Origin: Eledone cirrhosa
Taxonomy: Eukaryota
Direction of reading: 5' to 3'
Length of the DNA: 64,000 bases
Assembly: GCA_964016885.1 (NCBI GenBank)
Contig: OZ024740.1
Location: 86,862,001-86,926,000 of the forward strand
Below, one piece after another: positions 40,638-57,273 of the stretch (position 1 is the stretch's first letter; every line of letters starts with the position of its first letter). Under the pieces are notes generated by a model that saw only the letters and a list, made by a program, of their open reading frames with translations, searched no databases and had not been told where the DNA came from. A program made the translations under genes and the position numbers.

Positions 40638-40972
40638 GCACATGGCTTAGTGGTTAGAGCATTGGCCTTGCAATCAAAAGGTTGTGAGTTCAATTCTCAG
40701 ACTGGGTGATGTGTTGTTTCCTTGAGCAAGACACTTTATTTCACATTGCTCCAGTTTACTCAGCTGTAGAAATGAGGTGATAGGGACTGGGGTCCATATC
40801 ATACCACTGCAAAGTGGTCGTGGAGGTGCCACGGCAATAAAGCACCCAGCACTCACTGTAAATGAGGTTGGTGTTAGGAAGGGCATCCAGCTGTAGAAAT
40901 CAAGTCAGCATCAGTTCCCGTCCCACCCTTGCAAGCAGGGAAAAAGCGGACGTAAAATGAAATGATGATGAT
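40634..40972 (+). mobile_element. SINE family B, full length, in (TA)n
   Basis: Near-identical to 6853-7194. Confidence 0.9.
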
Positions 40973-43297
40973 ATATATATATATATCTATATCAGCATTC
41001 CATCATAATTTTATGTAAAAACCTTTGTCTAGTAATGTTCCAATAAATAATTGTTTCTACTTTAGGCACAAGGCCAGCAATCAACCAGTGCATTACTGGT
41101 ACTTTAATGTTCCAATAAATAATGCTTTCTAACATAGGCACAAGGTTGGCAATTGGGGAAAAGGGAAAATCTTTTGTATTAACTTCAGTACTTAATTGGT
41201 ATTGTATTTTATTGACACTGGAAGAATGAAACACAAAGTTGAGCTTGGTGGGATTTGAAAGTAGAATGCTGGAACAAATACTTCTACACATTTGTCTGAT
41301 GCTTCAACAACTTCGCAAATCCACTATCCTAAATCACAAACTTAATAATGAGAAAATTAGTTATTTTACTAAATTCTTCCAAATTCTTAATTATTTTCAA
41401 AGTTATATGAAAATCAGAGGCAGTGTCCCCCATCAAAAATAGAGTGACAAAAGGGTTTCTTTAAGTAAATAACATTTTATAATAGAAGAAAAAATGGCTT
41501 TGGGGATATTTTGCTGAAATCATGAAAGCAGTTTTCAATAAGTATATTTACCAGGGAAACATCACAAAGAAATACAACTGAAATTTGTAATTTAGTTTCC
41601 CTGGGAGAAGAAACATCATTAGTAAAAATAAAAAAAATAAAAAAATAAACTTTGAAGACAACAAAATTACAACAAGAAGCAGATTTACTTTAATATAAAT
41701 ACTTTTCTTTATATGACGCATTTGCTCACTTAAGAGAGATAGTTGCTTTGTCACAGCAGTTATTCATCACCTGCTACAGTTGAGGAAGTCATATTCTAAA
41801 AAGAGGTCATCAGTTGCTACAAATGTCATTAGTTAGTGGGTGAGGCTTTGCTTTATTCCTTAGACTGGCACCAGCTCATGTAGAAAATCTTATACACACC
41901 TTTATATTTAAGGCCTCCTGGAGGGGAAAATACTTTTCAACAAGAACAAAAAAGAAACAAAATTATAATAAATAAAATAAATCTCTCTCTCTATATATAT
42001 ATATGCATATATATATATATATATATATATATGCATATATATATATACGCATATATATATATATATATATACGCATATATATATACGCATATATATATAT
42101 TCACATAGATACATACGCATATATATATACACACACATATGTATATACACAGATACATATATATATATACACATGCATATACATATATGTATACATGTGC
42201 TGAACCGTCATCAGTTCTGACAACATGTGATCCAGTTGCTTGAACAATGAAACAGTCTGCTCATGAAATTAGCATGAACATGGCTTAGCATTCCCGCAGA
42301 CATGTTCATCTTTAACATATTTCACAGGAAGATTCAGCATGACACAAAGTGTGACATAGCTAGCCCTCTGAATTACAGATACAACTAATTTTTTCCATGA
42401 GTGGCCTGAGCAGTATGATATATAGTCTTGCACAAGGATATAATGTGCTGCCAAAATCAAAATGTATATATACACATATGTGAATACATACATATATATG
42501 AAGCAACTAAAATGGTTGACATAAGAAAGGACATCCAGTTGTAAAACACTGCCTCAAAAAGTCCTGTCCAACCTATTACCAGTATGGAAAAGAAGACATA
42601 AAAACGATGATGACAATGAGGTTGATACATGTAGTTCAATAACCAATTAAAATATAATCTGAGTATGTGTGTGTACAAAAGAGTGAAAACTGAAATTTGT
42701 TTAACTAGACAATTCTCCAATTACCCTTTACTTCATGTTTTATAGTTTAAACACTCATATCATGTTTTACTATTAAAAAAAAAAAAAAAACAAGTATTGG
42801 TTACCTACCACACAAAGTGTTTTCCCTGATACTTTAGTGACTTCTATAAGAGTGCCTCAATGATAAACTAAAAATTATGGATAAAATTAATAAAGTGATT
42901 TGAGTTTACATTTTATGAAATATATAAACTTATGTATTTCCCATCAAACTGTTTCGTCTCAGTTTTAACATTTTGTGTATTGAGTAAACTATTGATTTTT
43001 TTTATTGAAAAGTTGGTGTTGGAACATATTATATTTGATGACAGATAAGATGCATGGGTATATAAGACATCCTGAATATTGAGAAAAAAATCAGGCAAGT
43101 ATCTAATGTTATTAAAACATTTAGCACAACTTTACATATAAAACCCAAATCATACATCTTGAGCCTTTCTTGATAAAAAAAAGAGGGCCTTATATGCCAT
43201 CAAACATGGCAATATCTTTTTATACCGTTCCGTTTCGGGGATCAGTCAGGGGTATTAAGAATTAGTTTACAAGTCGGAGAAATATGTTTATGGCCGG

Positions 43298-43434
43298 TCA
43301 TTCCTCCAATATGATTGGTTGAATTCGTAGAGGAAATTTGCTCTTGTTCAAATCCTCCGCTGGGTTAAATTGTGCTTTTCCAGCAGCTTCAGATGTGATA
43401 TAATATCTACTGAGCTGGTTCAGTACATTTACAT
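43298..43434 (-). CDS. Candidate terminal coding exon of an unidentified gene: (D)VNVLNQLSRYYITSEAAGKAQFNPAEDLNKSKFPLRIQPIILEE*
   Basis: tatcttttag| acceptor, phase-1 open frame to TGA, non-repetitive sequence with higher GC than its surroundings. Confidence 0.6.
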
Positions 43435-45601
43435 CTAAAAGATACACACGCCTTCTCTCACACATACACATATTGAAGATTGGAAAATAATCCATATGTC
43501 AATATAACTTTGAAACCACATGAAGATAAAACATTTTCCCAGGAATTCAAATGCAGACCTTTGGAAGTCATATATATATGGAGACAGAGATAGAGGGACA
43601 TGAAGCAATCATATGTAGATATAATCTACATAAATAGCAGAACATTTGTAAACCAGCAAACCATATCTAGTCAACAACTGGTAAATTCTGCCCTACTGAA
43701 CATGTGCAAATTAAAAAAGAAAAACAAGAAACAACCTTAATCATCACTAAATTTTCTTGCAGACTTTCATAGATAGGAAGTTAGAGAGAAGGAACAGCTG
43801 AGATAAGAGCAGGTGTTAGTAGACACCAACAATAGCAAATTGACTTATCAACAGTGGTAGCAGCATAGCACATGTTAACAAAACTCTCTTCAAATTTTAA
43901 TGAGAGCATTCACAAAATTTTACTAAAATCTGAATGGAGTAGGTGAAAGAGGCAGGGATTTGGGATGATAGACAAGTTGCCTTGCTATTGTTATCACATG
44001 ATATTACTGCTGTCAGCCAATAAATATAAACTAGCAAGTTTTTTTCTATGCCCTTATTAAAAAAATTATTTTTAATTTGGCCTTCCATTTTAGTTTCATT
44101 CCAGATAGTTCCTCTGCACCTAATAAACTGCTCAACCAATGAGCACCTCTACCGTGCACCTTCTCTTAATTCCATAATTTATGGCATTTTCTATCCAGTT
44201 TTGATAATCAAAGTATTTTCAAGATTATCAAATTCAATAAGACCTGGGACTCATTAGCCCTAAATATCTCTTGGCATTGGATTGAAGGAGAATTATACTG
44301 GTTACCAGAATGCTGTATGTAATAGTAGTAGTAGTAGTAATAATAATAATGATGATAATAAAAATAATAATAATATTAATAATAATAAAACTCAAATATA
44401 TTTTAATTTTAAGAAAGATATTTTCCTGGATTTCAGCATAAAACAATTTGGTGATGCAGCATTTAGAACCGTATTTTTTACACAATGATATCATGAAAGT
44501 GTAAGCAATATTTAAAACAGAAATAGGCACACACCACTTAATTAATTTTTCTAGTTTTGTCAATACTAACGTTAAAAAAATGTTTCTCCTCATTGAGTTC
44601 TTTTGTTGGGTTTGAATGACTGATAACAGCAGAGGCAACTAAACACCAGTGCTCAAATAGGTTATATGGTCAATTGTAATCAACAGTTGGTTTGATAGAT
44701 TTAAAAAAAATTATGACAGCAATTATTTGGCATTTAATTCTTGACTCTCAGTTCTATCAATGTATCCAAAAGTGTTTCACATCATGTGTGAGTATAGTAT
44801 GTGTGTATGTGTGTGTTTGTGTCAGTTAACTGAAATAATTAAAAAAGAATTAATCAGGAAAGAAAAGGCAATTTATGAAGCATGTATATTTTTTTTTTTT
44901 TTTTGTTGGTTTCTTTTCATTTTTTTGTTTGTTTTCGTTTTGTCTTTATGAAATATTGAGAGCATCACAACATTCAGCCATAGCCTTCGATGGTTCTGAG
45001 ATCAGTACACACATACACACATCAATTATTGTTATTATTATTATTTAGCACAAAATAGTAGTATTTAAGCCTACAACTGAAACAGTCACACAAGAAATTG
45101 TGACCCTTAAAAAGCTGATATAGCTAAAATCATCAAATGATATCTAGCTTACTACAACCAAAGAAGATCCACCGTTGTCCAGTGTTGCTAATTGTGTTGT
45201 TGATCTATTAATGGATAATGATTGTTTCATAACCAAAAACTGTCACAGTCAATAAGAAATAATGAGAAGGAAGGAGAGGATAAAAAAAACAAAAAAAAAA
45301 CGCTGTTGATTGTAATGCTAATATTATGAAAATAGTTTCTCTGATAAATTTGGTTGCAGTTTTTTTGGTTTTATTTTGTTTTGTTTTTTTTACTGACCTT
45401 CAACTGACAGCTTGTGCAATTCCTTTATTTTTCTTTTTTTCGTTATTTTTTTTTTTAGAAAACTTTCGTGAAATAAAAAAAAAACTTCTCTCATTCATAG
45501 TTGTTTTTCTTTTTAAGAAAATGGGGAATGGTTTGCTGTTAAACCCATGTTCTGAGAAGACACCATACAACTTTCAGTGGCATATAACAAACAGGCCTTA
45601 G

Positions 45602-48310
<2,709 letters not shown>

Positions 48311-48769
48311 CTACTCTCATACACTTGCCATGACATGTATGTAATGTGGAGTAAAGTTCATATGGCATCCAATTAGCATCACAATAGTTCCACCATTATT
48401 ATTATCAACATTAATTTCTTCACCAGATTAAATTCGTTAAAAATTCAAAACCTAAAATGATAAAAGTTGATAATTCAATGAACCCATGATGAATTTTTTT
48501 CTGCGTTTTGTTTTATGAAATACATTTGTTCTCAATCATATATTTTGTTGAGAGAGATTAAGCAGTTAAAGACACCAAGTATTCAAATACCTTGGCCAGT
48601 TTAGCTGATGAATGTATTCAGTTTGATTTCAAGATGAATGAAATATAAATCTGCATTGATGGTTTTAGTCAACAATGGGAGATTGTTCTCTGACAGTTGA
48701 AAAAGAAAATCTGATAATCTGAACACAGATATATCTGCAATATATATATATATATGTGTGTATATGTGA

Positions 48770-48812
<43 letters not shown>

Positions 48813-49014
48813 TATATATATATTTATATATATATGTGTGTATGTATGTATTTTTGTATATATATATATATATATATTGTTCAAAATCTCTAGCTAGCTG
48901 TTTTTTTAATTTCCAAATGCCAGCAAAGATAGTATAAAAAGTCATGTGGTTTTTGTTTTTTTTAAATTATCGTTGTTTTATTCATTGCCATGGAAGGATT
49001 TTGGTAAGCCAGGA

Positions 49015-49154
49015 TTACACCAGGTGACCTTTCATTTCGAGGCTCGTTTGTATTGGTGATTGAAGGCTCCCCCTCGCATTGGTGCTGCGATACTGAGAAG
49101 GGCTTTCATAGCAGGGGTTAGGGACGATGCTGGGAGAAAGTGGTACACTTGGAC
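49015..49154 (-). CDS. Candidate alternative terminal exon: (G)PSVPLSPSIVPNPCYESPSQYRSTNARGSLQSPIQTSLEMKGHLV*
   Basis: atgattttag| acceptor, phase-1 open frame to TAA, and a GC-richer island in AT-rich DNA. Confidence 0.65.
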
Positions 49155-50591
49155 CTAAAATCATAAAAGATTAATACACATTATATTATGTGATGAAAAT
49201 GGTGTAATTATGAAACAATCTTTAGATATTCAAATGACAATTATATGCTAAACTACTCTAAAGAGATCAATTTTGACATAGTACTGTTGCTAATCAAACA
49301 CTGTATATTTTGTAGTTTAAGATATTACTCTTTCCAAAATTTTAGGCAAAAATATAGCCATTTTCTTTTTATCTCTAACTGACAGGTTATGTAAAAATGG
49401 ATAATTTTTTTTATCAAAAACCAGTACTGAATTCTCATATTGAAAAATATCAAGTTATCATTTAACACACTTATAAATGCTTTCATGTATGTACATATTC
49501 AAAAATCTTTAGTAGAGACATACACTGAGAAAATTGAAAAATACACTTTACTTATATTTTAAATTTTAAATATAATCGGAGAAACTGTCAGACGATGTGA
49601 AGGAACAGAGGAAGATGAGGAGAATAAATAGAGAGAGGAATACTGTTAGCAAGCTGCAAAGCTTGGACAGATTGTAAAAGAAAATGTATTTCAAGTAAGA
49701 CATTCATTGGAATTAATGGGTTCAATTTGCTCCTTCAAAGTTATATATTTTTTCTTTTAACTTTAGGAAACGCATGTTTTTATTTTTTTTAATTAGCTTT
49801 TATTGAAGTTTTCAGAAGTTAGATATGAATTAAAAGAGACTAAAGCAAATATAATAATATGAATAACAAAATAATTTACTATTATTATTATTGTTAATAA
49901 TAATAATAATGATAATAATAATATCAATAATATTAATATAAATAATATTAATAATAATAATCTAAAGAAGGCACATTATGGTGAGTGAGAAAGGTAAGGA
50001 AGGCAAGATAAGAAGAGTACTCATTGTGAGAGAAAGAGAAATAATTTTTTCAGATAAAAAAAAAAAACAAGAAGAAATCCATGAGAAATATATTATTATT
50101 ATAGTGTGGGTGTGATATAAATGTCATGATAGCATAGCTGTAAGTTAGTAGAATAAATGTGTTAAAAATTTAAACAAAATATTGTCATGATAAAAATACA
50201 TTAAGAATTGAGATGAGTGGAGAAGATTAATACAGTTACAGTCAGTTGGCATGCAAGTGTACAATTGGTAAACATCTTCCCCCCTTTCCATTGAGAACAA
50301 AAAAAAGCTGCAAATGTTGATAGTATTCATAAGCATCTACATGGTATGAAAAAAGAATTAATGGCTGAAATTGGTAAGAAAATTGCCATGCAAAGGTGAA
50401 GCTAAAGCAATGAAAACATTTTTTTTTCTTTTAATAAGGTTAAAAAACCCCACAGAAAATAATAAACAAACTCAATAAATATAGATATAGATATACAAAG
50501 AAAAAAGAAAATGATAATAAATATGCCTACAAAGCTACATGCAAATTCCTTTGAGATAAGCTCAAAGTGGCAAAGAACAACACAGCAATTG

Positions 50592-50614
50592 TTAGCCTAC
50601 AAGAATATTGTCTC
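50592..50614 (-). CDS. Candidate short alternative terminal exon (G)DNILVG*
   Basis: Strong acceptor attttcttttccttttag|; phase 1 like the other two terminal exons. Confidence 0.35.
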
Positions 50615-52458
50615 CTAAAAGGAAAAGAAAATATTCAGAATTCTAGGGAAGGGGTGGCAGATGTTATATATATACATATATGATGATGATACACGCATAT
50701 ATATATATATATAAAGTGGCATAATGGAAATTTACTTGAAGCAATACTAACAGCTATAAGTACAAAATAAATTGTGCAGCTACTTTGGTATTTCTAGCAA
50801 GGTGTAATAAAACTATATATATATGTGTGTGTGTGCGCGTGTGTGTATACATATATATATATATATATATAGCTTTTGCATTTTGAAAATACCAGCATTT
50901 ATAAAACAAAAATATTTGGTTATATCAAACAGCTAGAATATGGTATTAACCCCTTTATTCCAATGTGTTTTATGTGTAACAATATTCAAACTGATACTTC
51001 ATAGGTTAAAAAGATGGATAGAGTTGATAGTGATGCCTATTAAAGCAAATAGAATATGTTTACATGTAAAGCAGAAAAGAGGTGGAAAAAGCTAGAAATG
51101 TCTGTTGTAGAATACTGTCTCCTATGGAAGTGAAGGTGGGGAACTCTTAGAATATCAAAATCAATAAAGGCAGAACTACGAACAAATGTACTATGAGGAA
51201 GAAGATACAGTCCAATATAAATGGTTGCTACATTTATTTAGAGAATTTGATAAAATGAGACAGCGTTGACCAGAAATATATAGTATGAAGAAAAGCTTAA
51301 CAAAATGTTAGACAATGAATGAAAGGCAGGAATTAGATGAAATACTGTATATGCTCAAATATAAGTTGAGGAATATGTGACCAAAATATTGACGGTAAAA
51401 TGAGGTTGACATATTTGAAAAGGGTTAATTTATTAGCTATGCAAGAGTCTTGATCTTGAATCATGCATTAGATGTCAGGGTTATGATAACCATTTAAAAC
51501 ACAAACACATATGTATCATTATATTCACAGTTGTAATGATATTTAGTCAGACTCAATTACTGATAGATAACTGTCTCAGTTGTGAATAAACCAGAGCCAT
51601 TGACAGAATATATACAAATCCCCATTAACTTTGTCAGTTATTTATTGGTCAATGAAAGTGCTCATCTATGTTCACATATTTGAATTAATATGTTGTTATA
51701 TTTGGATATGGTCATTTTGGCAATAAAAACACATGCACTATTCAATTTTCACTTCAGCTTTGTTATTAGTTAGTCAAAGCTCTTTTGTTACACATTTTCT
51801 GACCTCCTCAATGACCATTTGTTCTTTTTCTCTGTGTTTAAGATGGAGTAAATGGATTAAGACCAAAAAGGAGAAGAGATAGAGAAAAAGAACAAATGTC
51901 ATTGAGGAGGTCAGAGAATGTGTGACAAAAGACCATTCCCAAATATAACAATATCTGTTTCAATACACAATTTCAAACCAAGAATCTTGCAAAACAAATA
52001 CATAAACATAATTAATATATCATTAATGTTTAAACCAAAGGCTGGTAACATTTACAAGGTGTTAACAGTTATAAAGCACCTTCATAAAAAATTGTAATTA
52101 ATTTAAAAAAAAAAAAAAAGAATGTAAAGTTTCAGGTTTCTCTGCCTCAATTAACTATCACCTTGTGATCAAAGTATATGCTTATAAAGATAATTTTAGG
52201 AACATTCATATCTACAGAATGTTTGCCATAATCTTTTCTATAGAATCATTGTGTATGTACCCTATAAAACAGAAACAGGGATACCAATAATTTTCTTATA
52301 TGTTAATCAATTAGGGAACATTTGAAGAATAGCAATGTTCAGTTGTTTATTAGCTCAGAGAAGTGAATTCATGTATAATAAAATCATTAAAAATAATGAA
52401 CAAATGAGGAAGACTATGTAGGCACTTGATGTGCTAAAAATAACCAAATATCTCTTAA

Positions 52459-53536
52459 CCCTTTAGTGTTCAAACTGCCCCAAACCGGCCGCAATTATTT
52501 CCCCTTCATTTGTTCAAACCGCCCGATAACACCCTCACTAAAATATCGTTCTAAAAATAAACAATACTGTCATCAAAATCTCATCAATTTGAGATTACTG
52601 CGAGATTAGGCCCTTACCGCGAAAATTAACACTAAACATAGTGAAACAACTTAAAACAACACGTTTTTTTAACGTTGAAAGTAGAACAGATTTTTTGTTT
52701 GTATCAACATGGCTTATGAAAGTAGTGATACCAACTTTGAAGGTTTAACACACGACGACCTTCAGAATGAACAAGAAACAAAAGATTATATTAGTGATTT
52801 ATCTTCAAATGAATCAGATGTTTATATTTCTGAAATTTCATCCGACGATGATTGTTGTTTTGAAAGTGAAAACGAAGGAGATCTCCAGGACGCCATTGAA
52901 AATATTACAGCAACGTGGTTGAAAAATACCACACCAATAAATGTTCCCGATTTTATTCAAAATACTGGTTCACAACACACATTAGCTCCCGATGCTAAAG
53001 CACTGGATTATTTATTTTTGTTTTTACCACAAACTTTCTTCGAAGTTGTGGCAGAAGAGATTAATCGATATGCCCAACAACAGATATCAAATCGAGGAAA
53101 ACCCGATTTGTTTGGCGACCGACAGATGCTGCGGAAATGCAAGCATTTTTTACCGTAAATATTATGTTCGGTATAAAACAATTTCCAATACTGTGGAATT
53201 ACTGGAGCACTGATATAAGGTTTAGTGATCCTTATATATCAAGTATTATGCTGAAAACAACGTATTTAAAATTAAACCAGTATTTGCACCTGGTTGATAC
53301 TTCAAATGCCCCTATTAATTAATTTCACCTGCCCATAAAAGTCAAATCTAACCAAAAAAATCAGATAAAATTATATAATTGTAAATTATTGATATTTAAA
53401 CAAAATTTCAAGCCTTGAACATAGAAAATTAAGAAAATTACAAACAAATAAAATTGATAACCCTCTTGAGTGATTAACTCAAAATAATGTGAACATATAA
53501 GCATGACATTTGAAAATTAATGCGAATGCTAAAGGG
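52459..53536 (+). mobile_element. piggyBac internal-deletion derivative with TTAA TSDs
   Basis: TTAA|ccctttagtgttc ... gaatgctaaaggg|TTAA. Confidence 0.9.
52709..53322 (+). pseudogene. piggyBac (PGBD4-like) transposase N-terminal fragment, frameshifted and truncated
   Basis: Acidic N-terminus, ALDYLFLFLP..VAEEINRYAQQ, then EMQAFF..MFGIKQFPILWNYWSTD..IM..YLHL. Confidence 0.85.
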
Positions 53537-54669
53537 TTAAATCATACTTTAACATCTTTAAAAAGAGTTTACATTGGATAAGGTAATTCTAGTTAGGAAT
53601 AGTTATCAAAACAAAATCATCATGGCTAAATTGCCTTTGATCATAGGGCTACTTAAATGAAGCTGACATGCTTAACAACAAGATCAACTACAAATAAAAT
53701 CACCTACAAACAGTTGGACTTGACTAGAATAGATGACCTATATTGTCTTTTTTAACGAAGGTTGTGAAACTAATGATAATTCTAAGCAATGAGATTTATT
53801 TCTATATATTCCTGTGTACTGAAACTACAAATTCAAAATATTGAAGAAAGCAAAAAGAAATGAAAATTTGGAAATATGTCATAAAATGTAGTTGTTACTC
53901 ATGTAAATTTTAATTTAATTTAGAATGACAATGAAAATTGTTTATTTCTATTTTGTTTGGATATTTTATTCATTAGTCCCAGAATTGATTGTCAATAGCT
54001 AGTTGTTTGAAATATTCTAATTAGAAAAATAGAATGTTCCAGTTTGTTGTAATCCCTAATTTCAGGAAGTCAATATCCAAACATAGAAATATTTCACACT
54101 TGACATGTTGCCGACTAATGAAGTTGTTTCATCCACTTTTTTTTATAATATGTAGAGTGCATGCCTGTGCATGTGACTCTCATGATCTCATAATTCTCCT
54201 GTTGGTAATTAACATAACAATATATGACAATTACAGAATATCTAATACTACACTCTTTCATCTTCCCTCCACTCTAATTAAGCAGGTTATTTTTCATTTA
54301 CTGATCCTGAGATTCTAATAAAGTGTATGAACTTGCTATTTGTCACTGTTTAGTTTAGCAGAAAGTTGGACTTGTGACAAAAATATTAATTGCACCAAAG
54401 CAATTTACAAACTTCAGCAAATTGCTATGCTAACCATCAAATGTTCTCAACTGCAATGTTATAACACTGTCCATCTTTGTTACATATGCTTGAAGTCATT
54501 TGGAAGTTAAAGTAGTTCAAGGACATTTGCAATTAGGGACACTATTCATTGGAGTGTTAAATTTTGACATCAGAATGTCTGAATACAATTTTATTCTATT
54601 TCTCTGGTGAATTAATAGATGAAATATGACAGTAAGCCAACCTATATATTATTAAATAGGAAGTAAGTA

Positions 54670-55260
54670 AATCATCATCATCTTCACTGTTTTATGCCTG
54701 TCTTCTATGCTTGCATGGGTCTTCTCCAGCACAGCTTCCTTCTATGTGTTGTGTTTCTTTGTCATCTCTATGAGGTTCAGTGATTTGAGATCAGCTCCCA
54801 CCACTTCAGCCCAGATTTTACTCAGTCTTCCTCTTCCACAGCTTCCTTCCAATGGAAGTGTTTGGCTCTTGTTCATCCAATAATCATCATCCATATGCAT
54901 CATGTGATCATATTGGTGCAAACTTCTCTCTGGCATACAAAATTTGATTTGCCTTATGCTTAGTTTTTCTCCCAGCTCTAACTGCATTTCATCTTTCATG
55001 CACATTAACAATACACATCCATCAGTTTGATTCATTCCTGTCCAGTTCTCTGCATTCACGGCCCACATAGCATTGTACTTCTCATGCTGTCATCATACAA
55101 TCTACCTTTCACTTGGAAAGAAAATTCCTTTGTTGTCAACAATAACTCCCTGAGTTTTTCCCATCCAGTTCTTATTTGAGTTATTATACTTTCAGATTCA
55201 GAACAATGTCTTTTGCCGTGAATTAGGGTACCCAGGTAACAAAAGCTATCAACTACTTTT
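54670..55260 (-). mobile_element. RTE LINE 3' fragment
   Basis: VVDSFCYLG..RTGWEKLRE..HMMHMDDDYWM..GRGRLSKIW plus an (ATG)n tail. Confidence 0.8.
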
Positions 55261-55841
55261 ATGCATATGAGTATGAGTGTGTGTGATTATGCAGGTATGG
55301 CTGTGCAGTTCACTTTGCAATCACATGGTTTTGAATTCTATCCCACACTGTGGAATTTTGGGAAGTGTCTTCTACTATGGCTTCAAGCCAACTAATTCCT
55401 TGAGAGTTTAAACTAGTAGACAGAACTAGTAAAAGCCTCATCAAATACATAAATATATATGTGTCTGTACATGTGAGTATGTATATATGTATGTGTTTTT
55501 CTTTTTATCTTCTCTTTAGACTTGACACTTCTAGCTATGACGGTTGTTTGCAAAAGTCTCACAGCTCAGTGGTTTGACAAAAAAAATCGAGTTGACATCA
55601 AGAAGGGCACCACTTTATAGAATACTACCACAAAAATTGTTGTCTAGCCCAAACATGCACATAACTTGTGCATAGAAAAAGAAGGAAAAGAATCACAATG
55701 GAATAATTAAGATGGAGAACAAGGGAGAGGGAATGAGAGAGAAAGAGTGTGAGATTAAAAAGCCATAAAATAAAATGTATTTAGAAAAGGTGCAGTAAAC
55801 CTTGAACAGGCTGGTATGTGCTAACATGTCTATGCTTAAAC

Positions 55842-55987
55842 CAGCCATGGGCAAACTGTAGCCTATTGGGCTTTCTAAATGGCATACTTAATTTCAAAAT
55901 TGCCTTGTATTTTTCAGTAGTGCAGCCTGCCTTTTAATGAGCTACATCTTATGTAGCCTACTGCACGAAAAAGGTTGCCCATGCTTA
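55842..55987. mobile_element. hAT-type MITE
   Basis: TIR cagccatgggcaa/ttgcccatgctta; imperfect 8-bp flanks gcttaaac/gtttatac. Confidence 0.5.
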
Positions 55988-57219
55988 GTTTATACATAGC
56001 ATGGCTCTAACTATTTTGTTACTGGGATCCCAGTTACATTTACATGAACAAATAATCACAGGAAATCCAAATATAGACATTATGAATCTAATATAATGAA
56101 CATTTTTCAGCATTTCGATAAATACGAAAAAATTCCATTTCTTAATACAAAGTAGAAAATAAAACCTCCAGCAATCACCAAGTTAAATGTATGTACCACG
56201 TTTGTACAGAAGATGCCAGAAGATGACTTGAATTAAAATATAACAAGGAGAAATTGAAAACAATGTTCCTAATTCATTAAATGTCATTAGCAATGACAAG
56301 TACAGTTAGAATGTTACCTAAATTAGCCTGTTTCTTCTGTTATGCTTCATTAACCCTTATAGTGCTATAGTCCTTTTTGATTATATAGCAAAAACACTGT
56401 TGCTTAATTGTCAAAAACAATAGAAGAGTATTGTTGTTGTTGTTTTAAGTGAATATATCATTGCTTTTGGCTACTTTACTGAATCTGATATATCACCCTG
56501 ACAATACTGAAAGTGTTAAACGAAAGTGCCCAAGATCAAAGGCGTTTTTATGAATCATAAGGAGTTACAAGTTCACTGCTTAAACCTTGACAAAAATGTA
56601 TTTTGGATAAGACACAAATCTATTTAAGGTAAATTAAAGAAAGAACTTTAAATGTTTTTCAGATAGGTAAACTAAAACAATGTGTTAAATGCATTGTATA
56701 TAGATAAAAGAAAACATTTTCAGTAGACTATAAACTCACAAATTCTGAAATAATAGTCACATAACGTAAGTATTTTGGTTGTTTCACCTCTAAAGTAGAA
56801 ACACAATATTGTTCTTTCATTATAATAGCTATCTAATTCAAATACTAAATAAAATAAGAAGTAGCAGATTGTCTCGAGATTTTATAGGTCAGTATTTTGT
56901 GTCAATAACAGTTATCTGTGAAGATATCCAACTTTTAATAAATGATACAAGAAAAGCAGCTATCAAATAACATTGTCTTGTGTATGCAAGTTACACACAC
57001 ACATTATTTATATATATATATTTATATATATGGAGAGAGAGAGAGGAGGGGGGTAATCATTGCTATCTACAATAATTAATGAGCCTATGTGCAGCATGTA
57101 ATAATTTATAGTGACAGAGGTAAACCAAAGACACATAAAGAATGATAGTCCTTATGGATATTATCAACCAAAGACATAAGAGAGAAGAAGTATCACCTAC
57201 TGTATATTTCCAGTGGTTA

Positions 57220-57273
57220 TTAGGTGAAGATGTCAAACAGATGATTGCGTTTGTGTGTTCCACTGGTAGGTGA
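57220..57273 (-). CDS. Candidate exon (SPTSGTHKRNHLFDIFT* if phase 0; another frame stays open to a donor near 57200)
   Basis: Long polypyrimidine tract followed by ttgacag| acceptor; unique sequence. Confidence 0.35.
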   Translation of the reverse strand, partial: SPTSGTHKRNHLFDIFT

